A stretch of DNA of 64,000 nucleotides from Treponema sp. (GCA_016281495.1 JAEEIU010000043.1:21504-85503); one strand, 5' to 3'; positions 45,174 to 55,631 are shown, counted from the first letter of the stretch. Made by a program: numbers and translations. The notes: generated by a model from the sequence alone, not told the origin.

Positions 45174-45182
45174 TGCTATACT
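45174..45182 (+). promoter_or_regulatory. Extended -10 element (TGcTATACT) 6 nt upstream of ispH ATG
   Basis: tgctatact followed by aaaacc and then the ATG at 45189. No SD. Confidence 0.4.
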
Positions 45183-45188
45183 AAAACC

Positions 45189-46055
45189 ATGGAAATTATT
45201 CGTGCTTCTGTCTTGGGCTACTGCATGGGAGTTGAACGCGCTGTTAATGTGGCACTCAAAACCATTGGCGAAAAAAAAGACAGTGACGTAAGGCTCTACA
45301 CTTTTGGTCCACTCATTCACAATCCTCTTGTCTTAAGGCAATTGGCTGATTCTGGAATGAACGTACTTTGTGAAGATGACATAAAGAACATAAATGAAGG
45401 TGATGCCGTTGTAATCCGCGCACACGGAACCACAGCAAGGAACATTGAGCTGCTCAATGAAAGGGGCGCACTCATAGTTGACGCAACATGCCCCAGGGTC
45501 AAGCAGAGTCAGAGGCGTGTCGAAGAATGGTCAAAAAAAGGATATGACATAATCATTGCGGGAGACAGGGATCACGGTGAGGTAAAAAGCCTTGAGGGAT
45601 TCTTTGATTCAAGCAAGGGAGGAAAACTTTTTGTCGTTCAAAGCAGTGACGAGGCGGAGAACATTCCACAAAGAAAAAAAACTGCGCTCATATCACAGAC
45701 CACCTTCAGTCCGCAAAAATACGATTCGATAATCCACATCATTCAGGAAAAAGATCCTGATGCGGTCATATTCAATTCAATCTGCAGGGCCACGCTTGAA
45801 AGGCAGGAATCACTTGAGGAACTTGCAAAAAAAGTTGAAGCGGTTCTGGTCGTCGGGGGAAAGCAGTCTGCAAACACAAGACAGCTAAAGGAACTCGCAC
45901 TCAAGTTCTGTCCGCACGTGGAATTGATTGAGGACGAAAGCGAGATACCACAAGAGTTTTATTCATTTTCAAAAGTGGGAATCACCGCCGGAGCCAGCAC
46001 ACCGTTATTTTCCGTAGAGGCTGTTGAAGCAAAGCTAAGGCAATCAAGTCATTAA
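45189..46055 (+). CDS. ispH: 4-hydroxy-3-methylbut-2-enyl diphosphate reductase
   Basis: MEIIRASVLGYCMGVERAV carries the first FeS Cys as in IspH N-termini. Also DATCPRV, NSICRAT and GGKQSANT. Confidence 0.9.
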   Translation: MEIIRASVLGYCMGVERAVNVALKTIGEKKDSDVRLYTFGPLIHNPLVLRQLADSGMNVLCEDDIKNINEGDAVVIRAHGTTARNIELLNERGALIVDATCPRVKQSQRRVEEWSKKGYDIIIAGDRDHGEVKSLEGFFDSSKGGKLFVVQSSDEAENIPQRKKTALISQTTFSPQKYDSIIHIIQEKDPDAVIFNSICRATLERQESLEELAKKVEAVLVVGGKQSANTRQLKELALKFCPHVELIEDESEIPQEFYSFSKVGITAGASTPLFSVEAVEAKLRQSSH

Positions 46056-46089
46056 GACAAAAGTTAAATTCCAAAACAAAACGCAGGCC

Positions 46090-46123
46090 AAAAAAAAATC
46101 CACCCCACAAAAGCGGGATGGAT
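46090..46123 (-). terminator. Intrinsic terminator of secF
   Basis: On the minus strand, atccatcccgc-ttttgt-ggggtggat (bulged stem) followed by a T9 run. Confidence 0.6.
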
Positions 46124-46144
46124 GTAATTTACATTAAAACAGCA

Positions 46145-47383
46145 TTATGCCATTGAAAGGCCAGCTTTCTTTTCGGGATGTGGACGTGTATGTTTTGCCC
46201 ATTCTCCACCCTGCCACTTGCGCCTTGTCCAGTTGATAAAGCCAGAGCTGATGAAGATTGAAGAATAACAACCAGAAATCAAACCGATGGTCAATACGAT
46301 GGCAAAGCACTGGATTGATCCTGTTGTGAATACCCACAATGAAATTGAAGCAAACAAAGTCGTAATCGTTGTGATGATTGAACGGCTTAATGTTCCAGAC
46401 AGTGATGCATTGATGATGTCTGTAAAATTCTTTGTCTGCATTGTCTTGATGTTCTCGCGCATACGGTCCAGGATAACAACAGTTGCGTTGATTGAGTAAC
46501 CGAAGATTGTAAGTACGGCTGCAAGTGTTGTTGTAGAGAATTCAATCTGGAACCATGAGATGAACGTGAACATGATCAGGAAGTCATGAATCAAGGCGAT
46601 AACTGCACCAAGAGCGAAATCCCAGTGGAATCGGATTGTTGCATACAGCCAGATCAGGAAAACGGTAACAACAGAAAGAATTATTGACCTAAGCAAGAGT
46701 GAAGAAGACCATGATGAACCTACAAAGTCCTGCTTTACAACCGGAACATTGTTTGTCCCGAACTTTGACTGCAATGCACTGATTATAGATGACTGAAGTT
46801 CCTGACTGCTTGTGTTTTCATCCTTGCTTGTCTTTGCACGAATCTGGAAACTGCGGTCTGTAACGCCACCCAATTCCTTGACTGAAACATCAAGATTACT
46901 AAGGGCCTCACGGACTTCATCGATAGTAACCGGATTAACTGAAGGAACATACATCTTGAACGGTACGTCAGAAGAAAGGCGTGCTGTTGCGACACTGTTT
47001 GCAAACAGGTCATAAGAATCGCGGTCACCCTGCTCGATTACTGTTGCCGTAACACCGTCAACTGTACTCAATGCAGAAGCCATCTTTGAAACCGTATTGT
47101 TCTCGCCGAATGTGAATGAACGTGTCTCGTTATCTGCACCGGCACCACTTATGACAAGACTCAAGCTTGTGTTGTCAATCTCGACAGAAACAGATGCTGA
47201 GCCTGAATAAGTGATTTCCATGGCACACGGAGCCACACGAACTTCCTCTACCAGACCAGGAACGAAATCGATGCTGAAATTAATTCCCCTGACAAACATG
47301 CCGACAACACCGGCGATGATTACACAAAGTGACAAAATGGCACAGGGGAGGAATGCCTTGTTGAATTTAATAATCTTTTTCAT
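46145..47383 (-). CDS. secF: Protein translocase subunit SecF
   Basis: FGYSINATVVILDRMRENI and six TM segments, with an extended periplasmic domain. Overlaps the secD stop by 4 nt. Confidence 0.85.
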   Translation of the reverse strand: MKKIIKFNKAFLPCAILSLCVIIAGVVGMFVRGINFSIDFVPGLVEEVRVAPCAMEITYSGSASVSVEIDNTSLSLVISGAGADNETRSFTFGENNTVSKMASALSTVDGVTATVIEQGDRDSYDLFANSVATARLSSDVPFKMYVPSVNPVTIDEVREALSNLDVSVKELGGVTDRSFQIRAKTSKDENTSSQELQSSIISALQSKFGTNNVPVVKQDFVGSSWSSSLLLRSIILSVVTVFLIWLYATIRFHWDFALGAVIALIHDFLIMFTFISWFQIEFSTTTLAAVLTIFGYSINATVVILDRMRENIKTMQTKNFTDIINASLSGTLSRSIITTITTLFASISLWVFTTGSIQCFAIVLTIGLISGCYSSIFISSGFINWTRRKWQGGEWAKHTRPHPEKKAGLSMA

Positions 47384-49122
47384 TGTTTAATCCCCCATCC
47401 GATGCTGACTCTCTTCTTGTGGAATGCCTCTGTTCCAACGTCAAAGATAAGGCGTGAAACTACGAGAGCCGTAAACACTGTGGAAGCAACACCGATTGCA
47501 AGGCTGTATGCGAATCCCTGGATTGAACCTGAACCAAGCTGTGACATGAATGCAGCTGCGATGAATGTCGTGATGTTGGAGTCCAGAATTGCCCAGAAAG
47601 CATTTGAGAATCCGGTAGCAATTGCGGCTGCCCTGTCTTTTCCAAGCTTAAGCTCTTCCTTGATGCGCTCGAATATGATTACGTTTGCGTCAACTGCCAT
47701 ACCGATTGTAAGGATCATACCGGCAATAGACGGCAATGTGATTGTAAAGTTAAATCCGGAAAGAATACTGAACATGATGTAAAGGTTCAGGATCTGTGCA
47801 ACACATGCGTTTATACCGGCACCCTTGTACCAGATGAGCATAAAGAGCATGATTGCGGCAAGACCGATTGCAATGGCCATAAGACCCTGACGGATTGCCT
47901 TTTGTCCAAGAGATGAACCAAGAACCTGCTGGCTTTCTACTTCAAGAGGAACGTCAAGCCATGCTGTCTGAAGAACTTTCTCCAGGTTTTCTGCTTCCTG
48001 CTGGCCGAATCCTGTGATTGCGATTGAACCACCACGGATGGCCTCGCGGATTACTGCGTTTGACTTTACACGGTTGTCGCTTATGATTGCAAGACTCTTG
48101 TTTACGTTTTCAGCCGTAAAATCACCGAAGATGATTGTTCCCTCGGAATCAAGAGTAAAGCTTACCTGCGGACGTCCTGTAATGCCCTCTGAACCAACCT
48201 GAGCTGACTTGATGTGCTTTCCGTCAAGAACGATTTCCTTCTTTACAACAAGGTAACCATCCCTCTGGTCAAGTCCATATTCATCAGTTGAATATACTCC
48301 AAGAACCTCACAGTCTTCCGGAATAATGGAAGAATTGATAAGGCGTCCCTGGCTGTCAAAAGTATTGGCACGGTTAGCGGCATAATAAGAATTAAACGAT
48401 TCACTTGCCTCAGTATCAACAAGGCGGAAATTAAGGATTCCGCGTCCCTGAATGATTGAGTTGATCTGATCAGCTTCTGCGCTTCCAGGTATTTCTATGT
48501 AGATGCGGTCATCACCCTGCTGCCTGATTGTTGGAGAAGAAAGACCAAAACGGTCAATGCGTCCGGAAAGGGTTTCAATAGCCTGAGCCATTGCATTTAC
48601 CCTTAGGGTTGCATCATCAATATTGCTGTTCTCATCTTTTCCTGCAACAACTGCATCAAGGTCTGCCTTTACGATGACGTTCATACCACCGCTCAAGTCA
48701 AGACCAAGCTTAACAGAATTCTTATATGTGTTCTTGTTGTCAAGAATCTGATCCCTGTAGTGACCTTCAATAGCAGTGCGCAATTCATCCTCACTGGAGA
48801 AAGAACGCATTACGTCAAGAAGACCCACATTTTCCGGGAGTTTTGAACCCATTGCCTTGTAGTTCTTTTTTGCAAGCTTAAGAAGCCACTTTTGATCCTG
48901 TTCAAGAGGAGCATTTTCATCAGCCTTAACCTTGGCCTTTAATGCCTCAAGATCATCAGTTGCCTTAACATTTGAATAATCCTTGATATTTTCCAGCGAG
49001 CTCAATGCAAGTGCCTGGTCTTCCTTTGGTGTAAGCGCATACCATTTGATGGATGGCCACAGGAATACAAAACACAGCGCAAGAACTGCCAGAACCAAAA
49101 TGAAACGACTGCGCTTATTCAT
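47380..49122 (-). CDS. secD: Protein translocase subunit SecD
   Basis: LDLSGGMNV and GMAVDANVIIFERIKEEL with a C-terminal 6-TM bundle. Confidence 0.9.
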   Translation of the reverse strand: MNKRSRFILVLAVLALCFVFLWPSIKWYALTPKEDQALALSSLENIKDYSNVKATDDLEALKAKVKADENAPLEQDQKWLLKLAKKNYKAMGSKLPENVGLLDVMRSFSSEDELRTAIEGHYRDQILDNKNTYKNSVKLGLDLSGGMNVIVKADLDAVVAGKDENSNIDDATLRVNAMAQAIETLSGRIDRFGLSSPTIRQQGDDRIYIEIPGSAEADQINSIIQGRGILNFRLVDTEASESFNSYYAANRANTFDSQGRLINSSIIPEDCEVLGVYSTDEYGLDQRDGYLVVKKEIVLDGKHIKSAQVGSEGITGRPQVSFTLDSEGTIIFGDFTAENVNKSLAIISDNRVKSNAVIREAIRGGSIAITGFGQQEAENLEKVLQTAWLDVPLEVESQQVLGSSLGQKAIRQGLMAIAIGLAAIMLFMLIWYKGAGINACVAQILNLYIMFSILSGFNFTITLPSIAGMILTIGMAVDANVIIFERIKEELKLGKDRAAAIATGFSNAFWAILDSNITTFIAAAFMSQLGSGSIQGFAYSLAIGVASTVFTALVVSRLIFDVGTEAFHKKRVSIGWGIKQ

Positions 49123-49576
49123 CTTTGTCTGCCTCTGAGTCCGAATACTTTTCTTCGTCCTTATCTTTAATCTCTGCTACGATTGAATCGTCCTTTGATT
49201 TTTTGCCGAACAGACCTTTCTTTTCCTTTTCTGGTTCTGCGGCTGTAGCAGGCTTGTCAACAATTACTGTTGCAATTGCAGTGCGGTTGAATTCAATGCG
49301 TGTGCTGTCATCAACCTTAATGATAACGGTGTTTTCCTTGGTAGAAGCTACTGTACCGTGAATACCGCCGATAGTAACAACTTTGTCACCCTTCTTAAGG
49401 GCCTCAATCATCTTCTGGGTTTCTTTTTGCTTTTTATTCTGCGGACGGATCATCAAAAAGTACATGATGAGGAGAATCAAAATCAACGGTAAAAATGTAA
49501 TCATACCGCTCATTCCTGTACCAGGTTGACCTGCTGCAGGAGCATTTTGCAGAAACATTGGAACAAAAGATATCAT
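49115..49576 (-). CDS. yajC: Preprotein translocase subunit YajC with acidic C-terminal extension
   Basis: LILLIMYFLMIRPQNKKQKETQKMIEALKKGDKVVTIGGIHGTV is the YajC core. The exact start among several Met codons is uncertain. Confidence 0.8.
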   Translation of the reverse strand: MISFVPMFLQNAPAAGQPGTGMSGMITFLPLILILLIMYFLMIRPQNKKQKETQKMIEALKKGDKVVTIGGIHGTVASTKENTVIIKVDDSTRIEFNRTAIATVIVDKPATAAEPEKEKKGLFGKKSKDDSIVAEIKDKDEEKYSDSEADKDE

Positions 49577-49673
49577 AATGGTTTCCTTCCTTTTTTTTAA
49601 AGAATATAGTGGTGATAAAGAATATCATTATTTTCATTCCATGACAAGAGGTGAAAGTAATTATGGTTAAGAA

Positions 49674-51083
49674 TTATTCCCAGCGTTTTCTTTCCGGATA
49701 TTTTGTATAGTAGTTTTCCTTATCCTCGTACATTTTTTTATCAGCTTTGGTCATTACAGAAAGGATATTGTTGCAGTTTTCATCAAAACAGGCTCCAACG
49801 GCAAAAGAAACCGTCTCGCTTTTTTCTATTTGACTGCGAAGTTCCCTTATCTTGCGGTCCAGTTCCGAGGCAGTTGTTCCTATGCTAAGAACCATGAATT
49901 CATCCCCACCGGCCCGATAAATCTCATCCTTGGGAAAAAGCTTCTTTAACATTGAAGCTGCTTCCTTTAACAGCATGTCACCGGCAAGGTGTCCGTGCAG
50001 GTCATTCGTCTTCTTAAGCCCGTTCAAATCCGTAAAAACAATCCCGATCGGCTTGTCCTTTTCTCCACCGGCTGCAATCTCATCAACACGGTTGTTCATC
50101 TCGTTACGGTTCATTACGCCTGTAAGTGAATCCATGGTGCTAAAAAAACGCATGCGGTCAAGAAGAAGATAATTTGAAATCTCGGAGGCAATGATAAAGG
50201 CAGTAAGCTCAAGCGTTTCCTTTATGTGGACTGCGTTTTCAACCGCAAAATTTGTCGCCCAGATATAGCCCATAAGGTTTCCGTTTGTCTTTAGCGGAAA
50301 AAGGACCATGCTTTCTACGCTTGAAATCTTAAGGCTTTCATACCACACCTTGTTGCGCGACTTGACATATTCCCAGTCGATCGGATTCTTTATGATGAGG
50401 CAGTTGCTTCCCCCGATTACGTTCTCCCATGTTTCCGCAATGTCATAAAATTTGTCGTCCATCCAGTTGTCATTTGAACGGAAAGCTTCCCTGTCAAAAA
50501 ACGACTCTCCCAAAAGCCTGCATGTGCGGTCCTGGGAATTCATCAGCATTATGCAGCAGTATTTTGCATCGCATATTTCCCTAAGCTCGTTTATTACATC
50601 CTTGATTGCCGAATCAAAATCATCCGTACTCTTAAGCTTAAGACATGCCTCCAGAACATCAGAGGAAGTCTCGTAAGAAATCGTCGTCATCTTTTCGGTA
50701 TTGGGCTTTTGTGTAACTTCCTGGGTATAAGAACAATAGGCAAACTTTTCGTCCTCATATTCAAGCGGCATTGAAAAAATATTGAACCAGAAATCATAGC
50801 GCTCAGGATGAACATAGGAATGCTGGGGCTGTTTTAAAATGGCACTACGGTAGCAGAAATCCTCGAAATTCAGGTCTTTGGTAAAATAAAGCTCATATTC
50901 GCTGTTGGGAATGAATTTGCTCATGAGGAGTCTTGGTCCGTTTCCGTCCCTTTCCACCGAGTCAATATATGGTTTATTTCCGGTTACAATCCTGATCTTT
51001 CCATACCCGCCGTCTGGAAGTTTTTCAACCGAAATAATACAGGTGGAGGTAGAAAAAGCATCAACAAATCCCTGAAAATCCAT
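49674..51083 (-). CDS. Diguanylate cyclase (N-terminal sensor region, GAF-like domain, GGDEF)
   Basis: DSLTGVMNRNEM, FTDLNGLKKTNDLHGHLAGD and RAGGDEF. Confidence 0.85.
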   Translation of the reverse strand: MDFQGFVDAFSTSTCIISVEKLPDGGYGKIRIVTGNKPYIDSVERDGNGPRLLMSKFIPNSEYELYFTKDLNFEDFCYRSAILKQPQHSYVHPERYDFWFNIFSMPLEYEDEKFAYCSYTQEVTQKPNTEKMTTISYETSSDVLEACLKLKSTDDFDSAIKDVINELREICDAKYCCIMLMNSQDRTCRLLGESFFDREAFRSNDNWMDDKFYDIAETWENVIGGSNCLIIKNPIDWEYVKSRNKVWYESLKISSVESMVLFPLKTNGNLMGYIWATNFAVENAVHIKETLELTAFIIASEISNYLLLDRMRFFSTMDSLTGVMNRNEMNNRVDEIAAGGEKDKPIGIVFTDLNGLKKTNDLHGHLAGDMLLKEAASMLKKLFPKDEIYRAGGDEFMVLSIGTTASELDRKIRELRSQIEKSETVSFAVGACFDENCNNILSVMTKADKKMYEDKENYYTKYPERKRWE

Positions 51084-51232
51084 TCTTATCGTCCAAATTC
51101 CTCAGATTATTATATATTATAACACAGGCCCCTAGAATTCACAATAAAAAAATCAAATTCTGCATGCAAAATCAGAAATTACAGGATATCGTAAAAAAAC
51201 ACGTTTGCAGCGTCATTCTTTAAAATGTTGAC

Positions 51233-52252
51233 TTATTTTCCTATTGAATACAGCTCTATCGATTCGTCCTGAAAGTTGCTGAAGCACAAAAAGCTTTCAT
51301 CGGGGCTTACGTCAAGGCCTGTGGGCTGGTTTCCGCCGTTCAGGATTTTTACCACACTCATGTCGCGTGTGTCGATGACATAAATCTTTCCGTCCTGGGG
51401 TGACCTTTTGGTGTAATCCTGGGGATTGTTGGGGCCACGGCAGGAGACAAAGAGGTAGCGGTTATCGTAAAGATCAATCGTATTGGGATTGTTGAATACC
51501 TTGAGCGTCGAGGTAATCTTGAACGATGCAATGTCAAACTTTAGGACGTTCCTGTGGTACATGTCGCTGATGTAGGCTGTGGTGTGCTCGTCGTTTACCA
51601 CGATGTGCCTCATTGCCGCATTCTGAACCTTTATGCTCTTTTCCTTTGTGCCGGTGGAAGTGCTGAACTGCTGTATGTCCCCGCTGTCAAACGAAAGGCT
51701 GATGATGGATTCGCCCTTGTTGATGAAAAACAGGCCTCTGGGAGATTTTCCCGTCTTGAGCTTCCTAAGCACCTTTCCGCTGTCATAGTCAATCAGGGAA
51801 ACGTCGTTGCTGAGCCAGTTGGATACCGCAAGCATGTTCTTTTCGCTTGAATATGCAATGAACTTGGACCATTCACCGTCCGTACTGATGGCCCTCTTGT
51901 ATTCAAAGCCCGGATATGAGTATTCGTAAATCTTGCCTGTAGTCATCTGGGAAACAAAAAAGCTATTTTTCTCGGGGATGAAAAGGCATTCCGCAAATCC
52001 AACCTTTGAAGCTTCCGGGGGATTAATCCTCCTTATTACCTTCTTTAGCTCAACAGAAAAAATGTCAAAGCCGTTGTCGTCCAAAAGCGGCAGAATCACA
52101 TACTTGTTGTCCGGAGAAAACACGACCTGCTTGGGCTGCTTTCCGCACTTGTATTCCCCGATTTTTGTAAGAACCGGCTGAGAGAAAGCCACGGCAAAAG
52201 AAAAAAACATGGCCACAGCCAAAAAGCATTTGCGAATCTTATTATTGAACAT
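51233..52252 (-). CDS. Secreted beta-propeller (YVTN/WD40-like) repeat protein
   Basis: Signal peptide, repeated motifs of about 40 aa (PRGLFF, PTGLDVSPD). SD aggag before the ATG. Confidence 0.6.
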   Translation of the reverse strand: MFNNKIRKCFLAVAMFFSFAVAFSQPVLTKIGEYKCGKQPKQVVFSPDNKYVILPLLDDNGFDIFSVELKKVIRRINPPEASKVGFAECLFIPEKNSFFVSQMTTGKIYEYSYPGFEYKRAISTDGEWSKFIAYSSEKNMLAVSNWLSNDVSLIDYDSGKVLRKLKTGKSPRGLFFINKGESIISLSFDSGDIQQFSTSTGTKEKSIKVQNAAMRHIVVNDEHTTAYISDMYHRNVLKFDIASFKITSTLKVFNNPNTIDLYDNRYLFVSCRGPNNPQDYTKRSPQDGKIYVIDTRDMSVVKILNGGNQPTGLDVSPDESFLCFSNFQDESIELYSIGK

Positions 52253-52336
52253 GATGATCTCCTGATTTTTACATAATAGGACATAGAGATTCTTTTGTCT
52301 ATTGAAAAATGGGGCGAAATGTTATATTTTTAAACC

Positions 52337-53158
52337 ATGACTGAACTGGACTTTCTCTGTGGGGAAATAGCAAAACGATACGGAAACATCACGCGAACTA
52401 GGGGACCATTCCTCTATACGGAAAAAAACGTACGGCTTATAGACCTTTTTCAGGAAAACGGAAAGGCAATTCTGGGCTGGGGCGGGAACTCTGCTTTTAC
52501 GATGTTCAAGAACACCCTGAACCGTGGAATTACCGGAAGCTATGACACTGCATACAAAAACAGGATTCAAAAGGCGGTTTCGGATTTACTCGGCGACCAG
52601 AGGACTGTCTATCTGTTCAGCGACAAAAAATCTGCACTGGATGCGGCCATTTCAATCTGCCCGGACAACACTTCAATTTACAGGCCATGGACTCAGGCGG
52701 CACCAAACTGGAGCGACATCGACTGTGTACTGATCTGCCCTCCCCTTCCATGGAGTTTGGACTGCCATATCGTTGCATTCAAAGCCGGAATGAAAAACGA
52801 GGACATGCTTTTAAAGGCGCAGGAATCATTCCACACCGCAAGATTTCCCGCACCACTAAGCGCCGCAATTTCACGTTCAATTTACAATCTGATAAAGGCA
52901 CTTCAGGAACGATCGGAAAAGGACTGGTTCATCTACGACAAGGCCCTTACACCGTACTGGGAAAGGAAAGGCCCTTACTTATACATAAAAAAAGAAATAA
53001 TCCCGGAAGAAAAATACAAGGATTTCATATGCCATTGTCTGGACAACTCTGTGGTAATAAATCCATACTATGACCAGGCTTCAATTGTTCCATTTGGAGC
53101 GGACAGGGGCGTGTTTTCTTCCCTTGTAAAAAACCCATTTGTCGGAGAAAAAAAATGA
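52337..53158 (+). CDS. Hypothetical protein, N-terminus weakly resembles class-III aminotransferase fold
   Basis: TRGPFLYTEKNVRLIDLFQENGKAILGWGG resembles the (A/S)RG..L.D.DG...ID......LGH entry motif. I could identify no PLP-lysine motif. Confidence 0.4.
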   Translation: MTELDFLCGEIAKRYGNITRTRGPFLYTEKNVRLIDLFQENGKAILGWGGNSAFTMFKNTLNRGITGSYDTAYKNRIQKAVSDLLGDQRTVYLFSDKKSALDAAISICPDNTSIYRPWTQAAPNWSDIDCVLICPPLPWSLDCHIVAFKAGMKNEDMLLKAQESFHTARFPAPLSAAISRSIYNLIKALQERSEKDWFIYDKALTPYWERKGPYLYIKKEIIPEEKYKDFICHCLDNSVVINPYYDQASIVPFGADRGVFSSLVKNPFVGEKK

Positions 53159-53448
53159 CACAAACTCAATTAACACTTTATATAATCAGACTGGTACTCG
53201 GCGGGCTTGCAACTTTTTTTGCGATTCTTGTATGGGGAAAAACAAGGGATTCGGCATGGATGTGCCTTATTGCAGGCATAGTCCTTGAATACTGCGGCAC
53301 CGTCTATAACATGTTCCTTGATTTTGGCGTAGTATTCAGCAGTGACCTGTCGGTAGCTGGCATTCCGCTTACAACCATACTGTTTACCGTAGTGCCACCG
53401 CTGTTCTTCATCCTCGCATTCATAATGATTTTGATAAGAAAGAGGTAG
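53155..53448 (+). CDS. Small membrane protein (3 TM)
   Basis: 97 aa with three hydrophobic segments. The start overlaps the upstream stop (ATGA). Confidence 0.5.
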   Translation: MTQTQLTLYIIRLVLGGLATFFAILVWGKTRDSAWMCLIAGIVLEYCGTVYNMFLDFGVVFSSDLSVAGIPLTTILFTVVPPLFFILAFIMILIRKR

Positions 53449-53467
53449 GATTCTAAACTCACCTGAA

Positions 53468-53540
53468 AGTCACACGGATTCTGGAAAGCGAACCCAGCCT
53501 TGCGGCAAGAAAGGTTTTCCATGATTAAATCCGTATGACT
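53468..53540. repeat. Nested 73-bp hairpin between convergent genes, related to the GTCAC-box family
   Basis: Outer stem agtcacacggatt/aatccgtatgact (12 of 13 bp), middle stem tggaaa/tttcca, inner stem gcc-ttgc-ggc. Confidence 0.75.
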
Positions 53541-53552
53541 GATTAAAGTTCC

Positions 53553-55631
53553 TTACCTCATCTTTTTCATGCCGCCGTTCCTGCCTTCATTTTCTCCCCT
53601 CATGCCAGGTTCAGGCCTTTCACCCTTCATGCCTTTTCCTTCAAATCCTTCCGGCATCATGTCGGGGTTAAATCCATCCGGGGAAAAGTTTCCGTCGCCA
53701 GCCCTTGCTCCACCCATTCCAAAGCGTCCGAATCCGCCTTCCGCCGCTCCTGAACTGTAGACGAAGCTACCTTCCTCAGTACTAATGCTTGTGTCTCCGC
53801 TTCCTCCGCTTACAGATGGCATTGAAGTGTAAAGGCCGTAATAGTTTTCTCCGCCGCTTACTGTGACTCCGCTCTTTACACTGTATGTCTTTCCCGTCTC
53901 AAGATTAGGCGAGCTGATTGTGACAAGCCCGTAGGATATTCCGCTGGGTATGGTAAAGGCAAATACCGCTTTTCCGGAAGAGTCTTCCACAGCCATTGTA
54001 GTGCCGGCTTTTCCCGCAAGAGAAGAGCCGAGTACGAAGACATTCTGGCTGTTGTTTTTGTTGGAGCTTGAAGCGTATGACTTTGAAGCCCCGCTTATTC
54101 CAGCCGCAACTCCACCGGTAAAGGTCAAGTCTCCGTCGCAGTCGAATCCGTCCTCGCTGCCCAGAGTTGAAAGGGCCACTAAGGTTCCACCGCTAATGTT
54201 TATGTCTCCGTTTGAGTCAATGCAGTCTCCCCTTGAGCTTGAGGCGTAGATCTTGCCACCGCTGATGTTTACGAATGCCCCACCGTCACGGCTTGCGTTT
54301 ATGCTGTCGTCCGTAGTCCTGATGACGAAATTACCGTCCTCAATTACCACGCCCAGTTTTCCTTCGATTCCTTCCGGGCTGGAGCTTTCCTTTTCCGTCA
54401 CTTCAATTCCATCGGAATCATAATATGTAACGTTGCCGCTCCATTCATCATCTATCACCTGTCCGCTTGTGGTGATGTCAAAGTTTCCTCCTGTGATTAC
54501 GACGACCGGCTTTGGATCATCATCCGTAGATTCAGTTTCCGCGTCTTCCTCTATGTCCCATTTTGCGCTGATTGCCTTTCCGGTAGTCTTGATGTTTATG
54601 TTGCCGCCTGAAATATAGATGAATCCTTCTCCGGGGTTCTCCTCGTCACCTTCAACTACGATTCCACGGCTCTGGTCGTTTGTGTGTGTTCCTGTACCGT
54701 CCAGGTTGAGTGTACCGCCTTCCATCACAAAACCGTTCTGGCTCCTGACGCAGTTTCTTCCAGAAGAATTGACCGTGACCGTTCCTGAGATGACGTGGAT
54801 GTAATCCTTTGCATAGATTCCGTGTTTGTATCCTTCATTAACAGAGAGGCTTCCACTTCCAGAAATGATGAGGGAACCTTTTGTGTAAAGAGAGCCTTTT
54901 GTGTCTTTTCCCTGCGCCCATTTTTCTGTAAGCTCAGCACCATCCTCCGCGGTTCCAGTGTAAGAGGCCGTGTAATAGTCAGCTCCCTCACTCTTACTGT
55001 AACCTGTACCGTATACGCGGCCATCAGTCAGGGTACTGTTTCCGTTCAGCACAAGATATGTTGATGCTGCTTTTGAGACATTTATCGGGGCATAGTTTGC
55101 ACTTGTGATTGACGCAGAGTTTAACTCAAGAACCAGGCTTGAATTTTTTTTAGGTTCAATCTCCACACTGCCTTTTTCCAAAGTTCCGCTCAAAACTATT
55201 TTTACGGCAGATTCTTCTGAAGTGACTTTGATGTATGTTCCCGTCGCATCACTTACCTCTGCTTCTAGGGAAATGTTTTCATTCAGCTCTGCTTTTTCAC
55301 CTATTGCAAGAACCTGGGATGCCGAACTGTTTTGTCCATAAGTCAGATTACTCAAATTCAGATAAATAGTGCCCTCAACTTGAACTTCCGAAAGTAATTT
55401 TTCATCCCCTGTAAGCAGTGAAAGATCCACAGCGTTTTCCGAGGTGATTTTCATCGTCTCCGCAGAATTACCTGAGCCGGACATTCCTCCCCTGCCCCCC
55501 ATCTTTCCAGAAGCGGCAAAGGTTCGGTTTTCATCTCTGACAGGCTGGGCTGAAACTTTTTGACTGCATGAAGTAAATGATGTTACCGCAGACATACAAG
55601 CAAGAAAGGAAATAATTTTAATACATTTCAT
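53553..55631 (-). CDS. Lipoprotein with parallel beta-helix repeats, Cthe_2159-like carbohydrate-binding family (DUF4353-like)
   Basis: Lipobox FTSC. Repeated G..I.I.GG.. turns and the CIDSNGDINISGGTLVA motif. Gly/Met/Pro-rich C-terminal tail. SD aggagg. Confidence 0.6.
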   Translation of the reverse strand: MKCIKIISFLACMSAVTSFTSCSQKVSAQPVRDENRTFAASGKMGGRGGMSGSGNSAETMKITSENAVDLSLLTGDEKLLSEVQVEGTIYLNLSNLTYGQNSSASQVLAIGEKAELNENISLEAEVSDATGTYIKVTSEESAVKIVLSGTLEKGSVEIEPKKNSSLVLELNSASITSANYAPINVSKAASTYLVLNGNSTLTDGRVYGTGYSKSEGADYYTASYTGTAEDGAELTEKWAQGKDTKGSLYTKGSLIISGSGSLSVNEGYKHGIYAKDYIHVISGTVTVNSSGRNCVRSQNGFVMEGGTLNLDGTGTHTNDQSRGIVVEGDEENPGEGFIYISGGNINIKTTGKAISAKWDIEEDAETESTDDDPKPVVVITGGNFDITTSGQVIDDEWSGNVTYYDSDGIEVTEKESSSPEGIEGKLGVVIEDGNFVIRTTDDSINASRDGGAFVNISGGKIYASSSRGDCIDSNGDINISGGTLVALSTLGSEDGFDCDGDLTFTGGVAAGISGASKSYASSSNKNNSQNVFVLGSSLAGKAGTTMAVEDSSGKAVFAFTIPSGISYGLVTISSPNLETGKTYSVKSGVTVSGGENYYGLYTSMPSVSGGSGDTSISTEEGSFVYSSGAAEGGFGRFGMGGARAGDGNFSPDGFNPDMMPEGFEGKGMKGERPEPGMRGENEGRNGGMKKMR

